From assembly GCA_026708015.1 (NCBI GenBank), contig JAPOVT010000048.1, positions 132,112-196,111 on the forward strand: 64,000 nt of DNA. Direction: 5' to 3'. Position numbers and translations under genes: made by a program. Origin of the DNA: a bacterium (GTDB lineage Bacteria > Actinomycetota > Acidimicrobiia > Acidimicrobiales > Bin134). This document shows, piece after piece, positions 1-10,149 of this stretch. Numbering within the stretch: the stretch's first letter is position 1; each line of letters begins with the position of its first letter. The notes below the pieces were generated by a model that worked only from the letters and a program-made list of their open reading frames with translations, did not search any database and was not told the DNA's origin.

Positions 1-1
1 G

Positions 2-2200
2 CTGGCCGATCGCATTTCCCGGACCCAAACCGAATGGCTGGTTCGCCGCCATCGGATTCGCACCTTGTTGTCGGTCTACGGAGCCTGGCATTCGGTCCGG
101 GTGATTCCCCAGGCGATGGCGCTGTCGGCTGTCGAACTGCTGGCCGCACTGGCAACCGGTCATCTGCGCCAAGCTCGCCAGATCGGGGCATCGTGGGGAC
201 ACAACCTGGTTCGACCGGGTTCGATACGGCGACGACGGCAGGCCGTGGGGCAATCCCGCCACGTTGGGGATTCCCACATCCGCCTCTCGCAGGCCCGGGG
301 CCTTGCCCCTCTGGCCACTCTCTTGGCGAACTGGAGGAGCAGCGGGGAAGACGGGACCTCGACGGGAAGCACCCTGGTGGCCCGGCTGAGCCGGTCTCGA
401 GTCTCGGTGCTCGTGAGGATCGCCACTCTGATCTTGGTTTTGCTCGGGGCTCGGGATTTGGTCGCCGGGAGCATTCCCGCGGTGGGCGATATGGCCCAAC
501 TGGGGTCGAGTTCTGATCTCTTGAGCGACTGGTGGAGCGACTCCAGGCCCATGGGATTGGGGCAGGAGGGCTTTGCTCCCACCGGCTTGGGAGTTCTGAC
601 CTTGTTGAGCTGGTTGTTCTTGGGGCAGACCGATCTGCTGCGCACAGTGTTGATCGTCGGCATGGTTCCACTGGGAGCGCTGGGGCTGTGGCGGCTCATG
701 CGCCCCTTCGACTCCTTGTGGATCCAAGGCGTGGCGCTGGCGGTGTACCTCGCCAATCCGGTCCCCTACAACGCACTGGCCAACGGGGCTTGGAGCGCCT
801 TGCTCATGTACGGGGCGGTGCCCTGGCTTATGCGCGCCGTGCTGGCCGGATCGTGCCTGGCCCCCTATGGGACCGTGGGGGGAAGCCCGGGGCCGGGCTT
901 GCGCCCCCCATCTTTCTTGCGGGAGGCCTTGGCGGTTGGGCTGCTGTTCGGCTTGGCCGGTGCGCTGGCCTCAGAGGCCCTCATCGTCATGGGCCTCTTG
1001 CTGGCCGGTCTGATTCTGGGGTCGCTCATTGCCGGGACCGTCAAGGGCATGGCTCGCATGGTGGCGGTGGCGGTGGCCGGAGCGGCGGTGGCCGCGGTTT
1101 TGAACCTTCCTTGGCTGGCCGACAGCCTGCCCACGCTGCTGGGCGACCGGCCGGGGGGAAACGGGGGGAATTCTTGGGCCGAGATCCTGCGCTTCGACAC
1201 CGGGCCATTCGGCGACAATCGCCTTGGTTGGGCCCTGCCGATGGCCGCGGCGCTCCCTCTCGCTTTGGCCCATGACTCCCGGCTGGCATGGGCGGTACGA
1301 GGGTGGACGCTGTACCTGGGCACCGCCGCGGTAGCCCTGGTGGCCGAGCAGGACTGGTTGCCGGTGCCCTTGCCCCGGCCCGAGGTGATACAGGTTCCCG
1401 GCGCAGTGGGCTTGGCCATCGCGGTGTCGATGGGGGTGGCCGCCTTCCTGGTGGACATTCGCCGTCATCGCTTCGGGTGGCGTCAGGTTGTGCCCTTCAC
1501 CGCCGTCGCCGCGTTGGTGGCCGGAATGCTGCCAGCCCTGGCTGTCGTTTCGGGTGGCGACTGGAACGCAACCCGCGACGACTACTCCGACGTTGCTCCG
1601 TTCTCCGACGATGACGAGGCCGCTGAGCATCGGGTTCTTTGGCTGGGCCATCCCGACGTGATGCCGCTGGCCAGTTGGAATCTGGACGGACACCTGTCGT
1701 TCGCGATCTCCGATGGAGTGGAGTTTCCCTCGGTGGCCCAGCGGTGGGTCGTCCGATTGGACAACCGCACCAGCCAAGTGGCCGATGCCGTGCTGCAAGC
1801 ACCCGAGTCGGGTACTAGCCGACTAGGGGCCGAGCTGTCCCGGTGGGGGATCGGAACCATATTGGTGCCCGAGCGCTTGGCCCCCCCGCCCTACGGTGAG
1901 CTGTCACAAAGCGCTCCCGATTGGTTATTCGACATGCTCGACAGCCAGCTCGACTTGGTGCCGGGGGGACTCACTGCGGGCATAGCCACCTATCACAACA
2001 CGGCGGCAAGTCCCGAGGATATCCGCGCCGCCATCGGCGCCCCGCCCGATGCCGGGAACTCGGATCTGAACCGGTTGCTGCTGTCGGTGCAGATCGCGCT
2101 GTGGGTAGTGGGCCTGGTGGGGATAGCCCGGCTCAGCACCGGCGACAAGCGTCGCCGACTGGATATCACCGATTTGGCTGATGAGAGGTCTGTTCGGTGA
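2..2200 (+). CDS. 5'-partial large integral membrane protein, probably the C-terminal multi-TM part of a glycosyltransferase-associated protein
   Basis: The frame of ORF 65..2200 stays open back to base 2, so the gene enters from upstream. It contains many hydrophobic helices. Its stop overlaps the next gene's start by 4 nt. Confidence 0.6.
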   Translation: MADRISRTQTEWLVRRHRIRTLLSVYGAWHSVRVIPQAMALSAVELLAALATGHLRQARQIGASWGHNLVRPGSIRRRRQAVGQSRHVGDSHIRLSQARGLAPLATLLANWRSSGEDGTSTGSTLVARLSRSRVSVLVRIATLILVLLGARDLVAGSIPAVGDMAQLGSSSDLLSDWWSDSRPMGLGQEGFAPTGLGVLTLLSWLFLGQTDLLRTVLIVGMVPLGALGLWRLMRPFDSLWIQGVALAVYLANPVPYNALANGAWSALLMYGAVPWLMRAVLAGSCLAPYGTVGGSPGPGLRPPSFLREALAVGLLFGLAGALASEALIVMGLLLAGLILGSLIAGTVKGMARMVAVAVAGAAVAAVLNLPWLADSLPTLLGDRPGGNGGNSWAEILRFDTGPFGDNRLGWALPMAAALPLALAHDSRLAWAVRGWTLYLGTAAVALVAEQDWLPVPLPRPEVIQVPGAVGLAIAVSMGVAAFLVDIRRHRFGWRQVVPFTAVAALVAGMLPALAVVSGGDWNATRDDYSDVAPFSDDDEAAEHRVLWLGHPDVMPLASWNLDGHLSFAISDGVEFPSVAQRWVVRLDNRTSQVADAVLQAPESGTSRLGAELSRWGIGTILVPERLAPPPYGELSQSAPDWLFDMLDSQLDLVPGGLTAGIATYHNTAASPEDIRAAIGAPPDAGNSDLNRLLLSVQIALWVVGLVGIARLSTGDKRRRLDITDLADERSVR

Positions 2201-3735
2201 GCGGCCGAGTGATGCGCTGGCCCTTGGTGGTGATTGCTCTGGCGACGGTGATTGGGCTGGCGGTGGCCGACCGTGGCGATGACGACTCTGACGGGGGATT
2301 GGTCCAGCCCACCCGGGATGCAATCAGCGCGGCGCCCGGCCCGGACGCTGAAGGGAGTGTCTGGTACTGCTCCGAGGGAACCTCGCTTCCGGGCGAGTTC
2401 GCCGACCACACAGTAGTCGTGGCCAATCCGACCGGGGCTGCGGTCGCCGCGGAGATATCGGTCTTTCCGACGACGCCGATCGGAGCGGTATCGCCGCGGG
2501 CAAATCCCGAAAAGGTGCTGTTGAACGTGCCAGCACAGTCACGGTCCTCCCTCCGGCTCGCCGAGATTGTGGAGTCGCAATACACCGCCGCACTGGTGGA
2601 GGTGGACTCCGGCTCGGTTGTGGTGGAACAACGGGTGCAGGGGCCAACCGGCATGGACGTCGTACCTTGCGCCTCCCGCTCCTCAAAGACCTGGTACTTC
2701 GCAGCCGGATCGACTCGGCGGGATGCCCGCCTGGTCTTCACCCTCTTCAACCCCTTCCCAGAGAGGGCAGTGGTGAAGTTCACCTTCTCCACCGATGAGG
2801 GGCTCCGGGAACCGCATGCCCTCCGCGGCGTACTGGTTCCGGCCCGGTCGCTGGTAGTTGTGAATGCCACCGACTTGGTGCCTCGTTTCTCGTCAGTCTC
2901 CACCACCGTGGAGACGCAGGTTGGGCGGATTGTCGCCGGGAGGCTCCAGCTATTCGATGGCAGCGAGGGGCTGGAAGGGCTGACCGCCGGGCCGGGGGTG
3001 CCGGCAACCCGGACACAATGGGTCTTTCCCACTGGGCCCGCCGACGAGGGGGCGGCCGAGCACATTGTCTTGTACAACCCGACCGATCGGGAGGCGGCCG
3101 CCGACGTCAGGATTCGATTGGATCCCTCCGAAATCGGCGACGCATTGCCACCGTTTGAGCTGAGGGTGCCAGCCCAGCAGAGAGTGGCCCTCGTATTCGG
3201 GAGCCAGGGGTCCTACCCCCTGCCTTCCGCGCCCTTTGCCTATGGCGCAGGGGAATCTCTGGCCGAGGGTGTTGGGTTCTGGGCTGCTGTGCAGGTGTAC
3301 AACGGGGTTCCGATTGTGGCCGAGCGGGTAGTGGCCGGGTCGGCCGCATCGTCTCCTGCGGGGGTGGCGGCGACCGTCGGGACTCCGGTGCATTCTAGGA
3401 GCCACCTGATTGCGTGGAACGGGGCCGGGGACGCTGACGTGGCGTTGGTGGTGGTCAACGCCTCGCCCGATTCCATTGCCCAGGTAACCGTGTCGAAGGT
3501 TGCCGACGGGAGACTTACTCCCATCGCCCAGCTCAATCCCCGAGAGGTGTCCCCGCATAGCCGCCTGGTCGTCCCGGTTGACCGATTGACCGAAGGTGGC
3601 TCTTTCGCGCTGCTGGTGGAGGCCAGCCAGCCGGTGGTTGTCTCCCGTTCGCTGCTGGCTCGGACCGGGACTGGGATTGCCTCTGGCTTGTCGATCCCCT
3701 TGGATCCTCTCCACCTCGACCCGTCTGCGTTTTAG
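2197..3735 (+). CDS. Secreted or membrane-anchored hypothetical protein (DUF5719-like by recollection)
   Basis: 512-aa ORF with an N-terminal signal/anchor (RWPLVVIALATVIGLAVA). The GTGA overlap with the upstream membrane protein suggests an operon. The family assignment is from memory only. Confidence 0.6.
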   Translation: MSGRVMRWPLVVIALATVIGLAVADRGDDDSDGGLVQPTRDAISAAPGPDAEGSVWYCSEGTSLPGEFADHTVVVANPTGAAVAAEISVFPTTPIGAVSPRANPEKVLLNVPAQSRSSLRLAEIVESQYTAALVEVDSGSVVVEQRVQGPTGMDVVPCASRSSKTWYFAAGSTRRDARLVFTLFNPFPERAVVKFTFSTDEGLREPHALRGVLVPARSLVVVNATDLVPRFSSVSTTVETQVGRIVAGRLQLFDGSEGLEGLTAGPGVPATRTQWVFPTGPADEGAAEHIVLYNPTDREAAADVRIRLDPSEIGDALPPFELRVPAQQRVALVFGSQGSYPLPSAPFAYGAGESLAEGVGFWAAVQVYNGVPIVAERVVAGSAASSPAGVAATVGTPVHSRSHLIAWNGAGDADVALVVVNASPDSIAQVTVSKVADGRLTPIAQLNPREVSPHSRLVVPVDRLTEGGSFALLVEASQPVVVSRSLLARTGTGIASGLSIPLDPLHLDPSAF

Positions 3736-3768
3736 AAGGCACTCTCGGCCTGTCTACGATCCCCGGTT

Positions 3769-5430
3769 GTGGACGCCCCTGCTGAAGCCCTCCCCACCGT
3801 TAGAGACTTGGTGCTGAGGCGGGCTGACGACGACAGCCTGGCCGTGTTGTTTGAGGAAAAGCAGCACACCTACCGCGAGTTCACCGCCGGATGCGTCGCC
3901 CGCGCCCATCTTCTGCTGGGCGGCCGGTCGGAAGGGCCGTTCCATGTCGGTGCGCTTCTGGACAACGGTCCTGAGTACTCCATGCTGCTTGGCGGTGCGG
4001 CGGCGGCCGGGGCGGCGGTGGTTGGAATCAACCCCACCCGGCAGGGGGCGGAGTTGGCCCGCGACATCACCCATGCCGACTGCGGCATCATCATCACCGA
4101 GAGCCGCCATCGTGGGCTGCTGGACGGGCTGGATCTGGGCGCAGCCACCGGCCGGGTGCTGGATGTGGATTCCCCGGAGTGGGCCGCGGCCTTGGCCCCC
4201 TACGCCGGTGTCGAGCCCCCCGATGCCGACATCGACCCGCTGGCCCCCTATCTGTTGCTGTTCACCTCGGGCACCACCGGCGACCCCAAGGCGGCCATTT
4301 GTTCTCAGGCCCGTCTGGCTCGGATCGGCGAGGTGATCACCGAGATGCGGAAGCTGACGTCCGAAGACGTGTTCTACCAGGCCATGCCCATGTTCCACTC
4401 AAATGCGCTGATGGCGGGTTGGATTCCGTGTCTGACTGCGGGGGGAATTGCTGCCTTCCGACGCCGGTTCTCGGCGTCGGGTTTTCTGCCTGACGTGCGC
4501 CGGTTCGGCGTCACCTACTTCAACTACGTGGGCAAGCCCCTCACCTACATCCTGGCCACCCCCGAACAGCCCGACGATGCCGACAACACCTTGCGCATCG
4601 TGTTCGGCAACGAGGGCGCGGTGCATGACCTGGAGCGGTTCTCCCGCCGATTCGGGGTGCCGGTGGAGGACTCCTACGGCTCCACCGAGGGGGGCGTATC
4701 AGTGAGCCGCACCCCCGACACGCCCCCCAACGCATTGGGCCGGGCCGACGAGACGGTGAAGATCCTCAACCCCGATACCGGGGAGGAGGCGCCATTGGCC
4801 GTTTTCGACGAAACCGGCAAGCTGCTCAACCCCGATGAGGCCATCGGCGAACTGGTGTCTATGGTGTCGGCACCGACGTTCGAGGGCTATTGGAACAACT
4901 CCGAGGCCGATGAGGAGCGCACCCACGGCGGCATCTACTGGTCGGGCGATCTGGCCTATCGGGATGCCGAAGGGTTCGTGTACTTCGCGGGGCGGAACTT
5001 CGACTGGCTGCGGGTGGACGGGGAGAACTTCGCGGCGGCCCCGGTGGAGCGCATTTTGGTACGCCACCTCGATATCGACTTGGCTGCGGTCTACGCCGTG
5101 CCCAGCCCTTCGGTGGGCGACGAGGTGATGGCCGCGGTGGTGCGCCGCCCGGGAGCGCTCTTCGACCCGGAGGAGTTCGTCGAATTCTTGGCTGGCCAAG
5201 ACGATCTGGGCACCAAGTGGACGCCCCGCTATGTGCGCTGGGCCGACTCCTTGCCCCAGACCGAGACCAACAAAATCCTCAAGCGCACCCTGCGCCGGGA
5301 GCGCTGGGAGTCAGACGACGAGACCTGGGTGCGCGACGGGGAAGGCTATCGCCGGCTGGCTTCGGACGACGCCGACGCGATCCGAGCCGAGTTCGAGGCC
5401 CGGGGCCGTCTGTCGGTTTTGGACGTCTAG
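3769..5430 (+). CDS. AMP-dependent acyl-CoA synthetase/ligase (FadD-like)
   Basis: AMP-binding motif FTSGTTGDPKA. Length of 553 aa is typical for the family. GTG start. Confidence 0.9.
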   Translation: MDAPAEALPTVRDLVLRRADDDSLAVLFEEKQHTYREFTAGCVARAHLLLGGRSEGPFHVGALLDNGPEYSMLLGGAAAAGAAVVGINPTRQGAELARDITHADCGIIITESRHRGLLDGLDLGAATGRVLDVDSPEWAAALAPYAGVEPPDADIDPLAPYLLLFTSGTTGDPKAAICSQARLARIGEVITEMRKLTSEDVFYQAMPMFHSNALMAGWIPCLTAGGIAAFRRRFSASGFLPDVRRFGVTYFNYVGKPLTYILATPEQPDDADNTLRIVFGNEGAVHDLERFSRRFGVPVEDSYGSTEGGVSVSRTPDTPPNALGRADETVKILNPDTGEEAPLAVFDETGKLLNPDEAIGELVSMVSAPTFEGYWNNSEADEERTHGGIYWSGDLAYRDAEGFVYFAGRNFDWLRVDGENFAAAPVERILVRHLDIDLAAVYAVPSPSVGDEVMAAVVRRPGALFDPEEFVEFLAGQDDLGTKWTPRYVRWADSLPQTETNKILKRTLRRERWESDDETWVRDGEGYRRLASDDADAIRAEFEARGRLSVLDV

Positions 5431-5446
5431 CGGTGCTTGATCTCGG

Positions 5447-6178
5447 TTACCCGAGTGCGATTTCGGCGATGGCCCCGACGGTGGCCGCCACATGGGCCCG
5501 TTGGCTGGCGTCAATGGCCTCGTAGACCTCATTCATCCGGGCCGAGGTGATTTCCTCGGCCTGCCGATGTACCGCCTTGAGGGACTCGGGGTCGGGAAAC
5601 GGCTCGCTCCAGCCAAACATCTGGGCCTGCTGGGGTCCGGCCTGGACTACGACGGCCTCTACCGGGGCCATGCCCACTGCGCTCAGCGCATGTACATGAA
5701 ACCCGAAGCGCAGTTCCCTCAGAATTTGGAGAGACAAGGCGGTGGCCGCCGCCGGATCACCGGGCACCGGCATGGCCCGCCACCCGGCGTACAGCGCCTG
5801 GCTCATCGGCGCCGCGGTGTCGAACACGGTGCGGGTGGCGGCAGCGAATTCATCCAGTCCGTCAAGGTGAGCGAAGGTGTCGGCGGCCCACCGGCCCAGG
5901 CCGACTGCGAAGGCCGCGGCGGCATCAGACGGCGACCCCTGTTCTTTGGTCTGGTTCCAACCCATCTCGACAATGGCCGGATTGAACAGGGCAAATGCCG
6001 ATACCACCACGTCGGAGTCCACATCCCCCAGCACACCGCCTCGGCCTCCCACATATCCGGGCATTCCGGTGAATCCAGACTCGGCCATCGTCTCCCGCAC
6101 AACATCGGCAAAGAAATAGCTGCGCCCCAGGGCGCCAACGGGGGTAGCGGTGGCCGCGGCCACTTCCTCTGGAGTCAT
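5447..6178 (-). CDS. Conserved hypothetical protein (possibly SCO6745/SalK-like helical protein)
   Basis: 243-aa ORF with normal amino acid composition, tightly packed between neighbouring genes. The family call is weak. Confidence 0.55.
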   Translation of the reverse strand: MTPEEVAAATATPVGALGRSYFFADVVRETMAESGFTGMPGYVGGRGGVLGDVDSDVVVSAFALFNPAIVEMGWNQTKEQGSPSDAAAAFAVGLGRWAADTFAHLDGLDEFAAATRTVFDTAAPMSQALYAGWRAMPVPGDPAAATALSLQILRELRFGFHVHALSAVGMAPVEAVVVQAGPQQAQMFGWSEPFPDPESLKAVHRQAEEITSARMNEVYEAIDASQRAHVAATVGAIAEIALG

Positions 6179-6230
6179 CGTCTACACCTTTCTGCGCCGG
6201 GCGCGTTTTGAGGGGGTGGGCGAAGAATAG

Positions 6231-7436
6231 TCAGACCAGCCCGTCAGCTTGGGCTTGGGCCAGACGGCCGTCGTCCCAGCCGAGCACCTCGGCGTAAACC
6301 TCGGCATTGTGGGCGCCGATGGGGGGGCCGGGGTGGTTGATGGTGCCGGGGGTTGAGCTCAGGATGGGTGCGGGCGCGGCCATGGGCACCGACCCCAGCA
6401 CGTCGTGGTCGACCAGGGTGATGCTGTTGCGGGCCTGCACCTGGGCGTCGGCCAGCAGGCCGGGCAAGTCGTGGACCGGGGCCACCGGGATGCGGGCCTC
6501 TACGAAGACGGCCACGGCCTCTTTCAGCGAGCGTTGGGCGATCCAGTCGGCTACCAGGGCGTCGAGTTCGTCGTTGTGGGCCAGCCGGTCGGCCATGCGG
6601 GCGAACTTGACTTGGTCCTCGGGTCCGTCCCGCCCGGTCAGGGCCAAGATGCGCTCCACCTGGCGGTCGGTGGTGCCCGACAGGCACAGATAGCGATTGT
6701 CAGCGGTGCGGTAGATGTTGCGGGGTACCCCGGTCTCGATGCGGGAGCCGAACCTCATTGGGGGAGGGTCGTCGCCGTCGGGATCCCAGGCCGCCAGGGT
6801 GCTGCCCATCAGGGTCAGAATGGGCTCGTACATCGACACGTCCACGTGTTGGCCGCCGAGGCCGTTCACGTCCCGCCCGTAGCAGGCCACCAGGGCGCCG
6901 ATGAGGCCGAATATCCCGGTGAGGGTGTCGCCTAACGGTATAGAGGTGAGCATGGGCGGGCCGTCGGCCTCCCCGGTCATGTGGGTGAGACCGGCGAAGG
7001 CCTCGGCCATGGTGCCCGCGCCTGGCCGATCGGCCATCGGGCCGGTGTGCCCGTAGGGGCTGACCGACACCATTACCAGATCGGAATTGAGAGCCCGAAG
7101 CTGCTCCCAGGTGCAGTCCCAGCGCTCTAGCATGGCCGGGGAGTAGTTGTGGACCAGCACATTGGCCTCCGCTACCAACTGGCGGAGGATGTCGCGTCCC
7201 TCGGGCCGGTTCAGATCGCAGGTGATGACCCGCTTGTTGCGCGACACCATGGCCCACACCAGCGACTCCCCGTTTCGGCTGGCCCCGATGCGGCGCAGGG
7301 CCTCGCCTGATGGCGGTTCGATCTTGATGACGTCGGCGCCGAAATCGCCCAGGAAGGTGGCCACCTGGGGTGCGGCCAAGAAAGACGAGATGTCCAGCAC
7401 CCGGAGTCCGTTGAGAGCGCCTCTTGGTTGGCTCAT
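6231..7436 (-). CDS. CoA-transferase family III (CaiB/BaiF-like)
   Basis: N-terminal signature LNGLRVLDISSFLAAPQVATFLGDFGADVIKIEPP. I chose the internal ATG at 7436 (MSQPRGALNG...), which overlaps the upstream gene's stop as ATGA. The 61 codons further upstream are Arg/Pro-rich and look non-coding. Confidence 0.85.
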   Translation of the reverse strand: MSQPRGALNGLRVLDISSFLAAPQVATFLGDFGADVIKIEPPSGEALRRIGASRNGESLVWAMVSRNKRVITCDLNRPEGRDILRQLVAEANVLVHNYSPAMLERWDCTWEQLRALNSDLVMVSVSPYGHTGPMADRPGAGTMAEAFAGLTHMTGEADGPPMLTSIPLGDTLTGIFGLIGALVACYGRDVNGLGGQHVDVSMYEPILTLMGSTLAAWDPDGDDPPPMRFGSRIETGVPRNIYRTADNRYLCLSGTTDRQVERILALTGRDGPEDQVKFARMADRLAHNDELDALVADWIAQRSLKEAVAVFVEARIPVAPVHDLPGLLADAQVQARNSITLVDHDVLGSVPMAAPAPILSSTPGTINHPGPPIGAHNAEVYAEVLGWDDGRLAQAQADGLV

Positions 7437-8440
7437 TGCTGGCCCAAGGCGAACGGAAGGTCGGTGGTGAGCAGCTCCATCGTGGTCACCTCGTTGACGA
7501 GGGGCTCGCCGGCCAGCAGCCGGCGAAGGTTGTCGCAGAACAGATCGGCACCCCGCTCCCACCGCCCGATGCCTCCGCCGGAGGAGTGGGGGGTGAGCAC
7601 CACCTTGGGGTGAGTCCAATACGGATGGTCTCGCTCCAGAGGCTCGGTGTTGAACACATCCAAGACCACAGCGGCCAGCCGGTCGCCGTCCAAGGCCCGC
7701 AGCAGGGCCTCGTCGTCGATCAGCTTGCCCCTGGCAATGTTCACCAGCACCGATTCCGGCTTCATGGCCGACAAGAAGGCGTCGTCAACCAGGTTCTCGG
7801 TGTCAGGGGTGGCGGGCACGGCCAGCACCACCACGTCGGCCTCCGGCAGGGCGCTGGGCACATCGGCGGGGGCGATCATGGCGTCAACTGGCTCGTCGCC
7901 GGTGGGGTGGCGGCGCACGCCGGTCACGTGGGCCTCAAACGCCCGGGCTCGCCGGGCCGTCTCTGCGCCGATGGCTCCCAGCCCAACAATCAGCCAACGG
8001 GATCGCCACACCTCGCGGAAGTTGTGGTGCTTCCAGCGGCCATCGGCTTGGGCCGCTCGCCACCGCCCGGCGTTTTGGAACACATCGAGCACAGCTCGCA
8101 GCACGTACTCAGCTATGGGGATTGCGGTGAGGTGGGCATTGCAGATTCGGGCACCCCGGTCCATCAACCGCTGGTACCCGTCCAGGTCCACCCCGGCGGC
8201 GGCCGACTGAAGCCAGCGGAAATCGGGGGATTGCTCCGCAATCTCGAAGAACCGCTCGACCAGCCCACCGAAGAACACATCACTCGACAGCCACCCCACC
8301 TCGGGATCGGCATCGGGCGGACCATCGACTTGGCCGTCGTCGGCCAGGCGAAGCCACTGGAGGCCGTGGCCCTCTTGGTCGAGGGCATCGAAATGGGACC
8401 GGTGCTGCCCGTAGGCCTTCTCGGTCACCAGTGCGAACAC
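7433..8440 (-). CDS. D-isomer-specific 2-hydroxyacid dehydrogenase, NAD-binding
   Basis: Rossmann motif IVGLGAIGAETARRA, plus ...NIARGKLIDDEALLRAL... and a TPHSSG tail, all typical of the family. Confidence 0.85.
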   Translation of the reverse strand: MFALVTEKAYGQHRSHFDALDQEGHGLQWLRLADDGQVDGPPDADPEVGWLSSDVFFGGLVERFFEIAEQSPDFRWLQSAAAGVDLDGYQRLMDRGARICNAHLTAIPIAEYVLRAVLDVFQNAGRWRAAQADGRWKHHNFREVWRSRWLIVGLGAIGAETARRARAFEAHVTGVRRHPTGDEPVDAMIAPADVPSALPEADVVVLAVPATPDTENLVDDAFLSAMKPESVLVNIARGKLIDDEALLRALDGDRLAAVVLDVFNTEPLERDHPYWTHPKVVLTPHSSGGGIGRWERGADLFCDNLRRLLAGEPLVNEVTTMELLTTDLPFALGQQ

Positions 8441-8522
8441 ATCGTGGATGCTATGGCATCGGTGTGCAGGCGAGCGGATGAGGGGGAGGAGATATGCCCA
8501 TTTCAGTCAATTTCATTTGCTA

Positions 8523-8551
8523 TTGACTCAGGCGAACCCCGTTGCAATACT
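8523..8551 (+). promoter_or_regulatory. Sigma70-like promoter candidate: TTGACT, 17-nt spacer, TGc-AATACT
   Basis: TTGACT lies at 8523-8528. AATACT at 8546-8551 is preceded by TGC (extended -10 like). The spacer is 17 nt. It points toward the hairpin cluster and ccmA. Confidence 0.3.
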
Positions 8552-8559
8552 GCGAACAG

Positions 8560-8641
8560 GGCTCGCCCCTGGCTAGGGCGAGCCTTAGGGCGGGGAGCTC
8601 CAACCTCCCCGCCCATCAGGGCTAGCCCCGAAAGCTAGCCC
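8560..8641 (+). ncRNA. Candidate structured RNA or 5' leader made of three consecutive perfect GC-rich hairpins
   Basis: H1: GGCTCGCCC-7nt-GGGCGAGCC (8560-8584). H2: GGGCGGGGAG-7nt-CTCCCCGCCC (8588-8614). H3: GGGCTAGC-7nt-GCTAGCCC (8619-8641). The cluster sits in a divergent intergenic region just downstream of the candidate promoter. I do not recognise the family. Confidence 0.3.
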
Positions 8642-8750
8642 GGCACCTGCGTAGGGGCAAGCAATTTTCTTGTCTTTCAAATTGTTTGAATCTCTGGACA
8701 GATTTCGGCTCGCTGGGGAGGCCGATGCTGCGAGTTCCTTGGTTTCGGGG

Positions 8751-9491
8751 ATGGAAGAGCACCCCTGTAGCCTGAATGGAGTTGTGGAATCTGCCGTCCG
8801 GCTCCGGGCCGCTGTGACGTTATTGGGGCGGTTTCCCGCCTTGGCCGGAGTTGATCTCGACATCTCGCCGGGGGAGATCGTCCTGCTCAAAGGGCCGAAC
8901 GGGGCGGGCAAGACCACCCTGTTGCGGTTGTGCGCCGGATTGTGCTCGCTGGCCTCGGGTCAAGGTTGGGTGCTGGGCCACGATCTCAGTGAAGAACGCC
9001 GCATGGTGCGGCGCCGGGTGGCGCTATTGGGCCATCGCACCGGGCTGTATGACGATCTCACCGTGGCCGAGAACGTGGACTTCTGGGCTCGGGCCGCCGG
9101 AGCCAGTCGCCAAGATGTCGACGAGGCCATGGAGCGACTCTCACTCACCGGGCGTCTAGCCGAAACTCGGGTGGGCCGGCTTTCGGCCGGGCAGCGCCGG
9201 CGGGCCTCCATCGCCTCGCTGGTGGTGCGCCGGCCCGAGCTGTGGTTGCTGGACGAGCCCCATGCCGGGCTGGACCAGCAGACCCGCGACACCGTGGACT
9301 CACTGGTGCGGGGCGCGGCGGCGGCCGGGGCCACCGTGGTGCTGGCCACCCACGAACTGGAGCGCATCGCAGTGCTGGAGCCCAGGGTGGTGAGCGTGGT
9401 GGGCGGGATGGTGCGCACCGGGGATGAGCCGGCTGATCCGCAGAGCCCGAACACCCCCTCTGGCTCGGAGGATGACCGCCGTGTTTCGTGA
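8751..9491 (+). CDS. ccmA: Heme exporter ATP-binding protein CcmA (ABC ATPase)
   Basis: Walker A GPNGAGKTTLL, ABC signature LSAGQRRR and Walker B LWLLDEP. It is the first gene of the ccm cluster. The start is uncertain: ATG at 8751 is preferred, but the ORF opens at TTG 8670. Confidence 0.85.
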   Translation: MEEHPCSLNGVVESAVRLRAAVTLLGRFPALAGVDLDISPGEIVLLKGPNGAGKTTLLRLCAGLCSLASGQGWVLGHDLSEERRMVRRRVALLGHRTGLYDDLTVAENVDFWARAAGASRQDVDEAMERLSLTGRLAETRVGRLSAGQRRRASIASLVVRRPELWLLDEPHAGLDQQTRDTVDSLVRGAAAAGATVVLATHELERIAVLEPRVVSVVGGMVRTGDEPADPQSPNTPSGSEDDRRVS

Positions 9492-10149
9492 CATATGGCT
9501 GATCGCGGGCAAAGACCTGCGGATCGAGTTGCGCTCTCGGGTCGGCCTCAACCAAATCGTGCCGTTTGCCGTCACGGTTTTGGTGCTGTTCGCCTTCGCG
9601 CTTGACACCGACCAGGAGGCCCTGCGCACCTATGCCCCCGGGCTGTTCTGGTTGACGGTGCTGTTGGCCTCGCTGCTGGCCATTGGCCGCTCGTTCGCAG
9701 TGGACTTGGCCGACGGAGCCGCCGACCGTCTGCTCTTGTCAGGCATCGACCCCATCGCGGTGTTCGGGGGCAAGGCCGCAGCTATCGCCGTGCAGCTGGT
9801 GGTGCTGGAGGTGCTGTTGGGAGCGGGGGTGGTGCTGCTGTTCGACGTGACCGTGCATAGGTATGGCCTTTTGGTGTGCGCCGGGCTGGCTGCGGCCGCC
9901 GGGGTGGCCACCGCCGGCACCCTCTATGGGGCGCTGGTTGCCGGACTTGGAGTGCGCGAGACCCTGCTGCCGGTGCTGTTATTGCCGGTGGTGGCCCCGG
10001 TGCTCATCGGTGCCACTCGGGCGTTTCAGGACGCGTTCGGCGTGGCCGGTGCCGAAGGTTGGGCCTGGTTGGGCCTCTTGGCCGGTTTCGCCGCAATCTA
10101 TGGGGTATTCGGGGCCCTGAGCTACGGGGCTCTCTTGGAGGAAGCGTGA
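9472..10149 (+). CDS. ccmB: Heme exporter membrane protein CcmB
   Basis: Multi-TM protein between ccmA and ccmC. The start at MTAVFRDIWLIAGKDLRIE overlaps the end of ccmA. Confidence 0.8.
   Translation: MTAVFRDIWLIAGKDLRIELRSRVGLNQIVPFAVTVLVLFAFALDTDQEALRTYAPGLFWLTVLLASLLAIGRSFAVDLADGAADRLLLSGIDPIAVFGGKAAAIAVQLVVLEVLLGAGVVLLFDVTVHRYGLLVCAGLAAAAGVATAGTLYGALVAGLGVRETLLPVLLLPVVAPVLIGATRAFQDAFGVAGAEGWAWLGLLAGFAAIYGVFGALSYGALLEEA

Noticed and set aside
7424-8638. A 404-aa plus-strand ORF.
   Set aside because: It is antisense to the well-supported 2-hydroxyacid dehydrogenase, shows compositional bias (G/V/H/P) and has no motifs.
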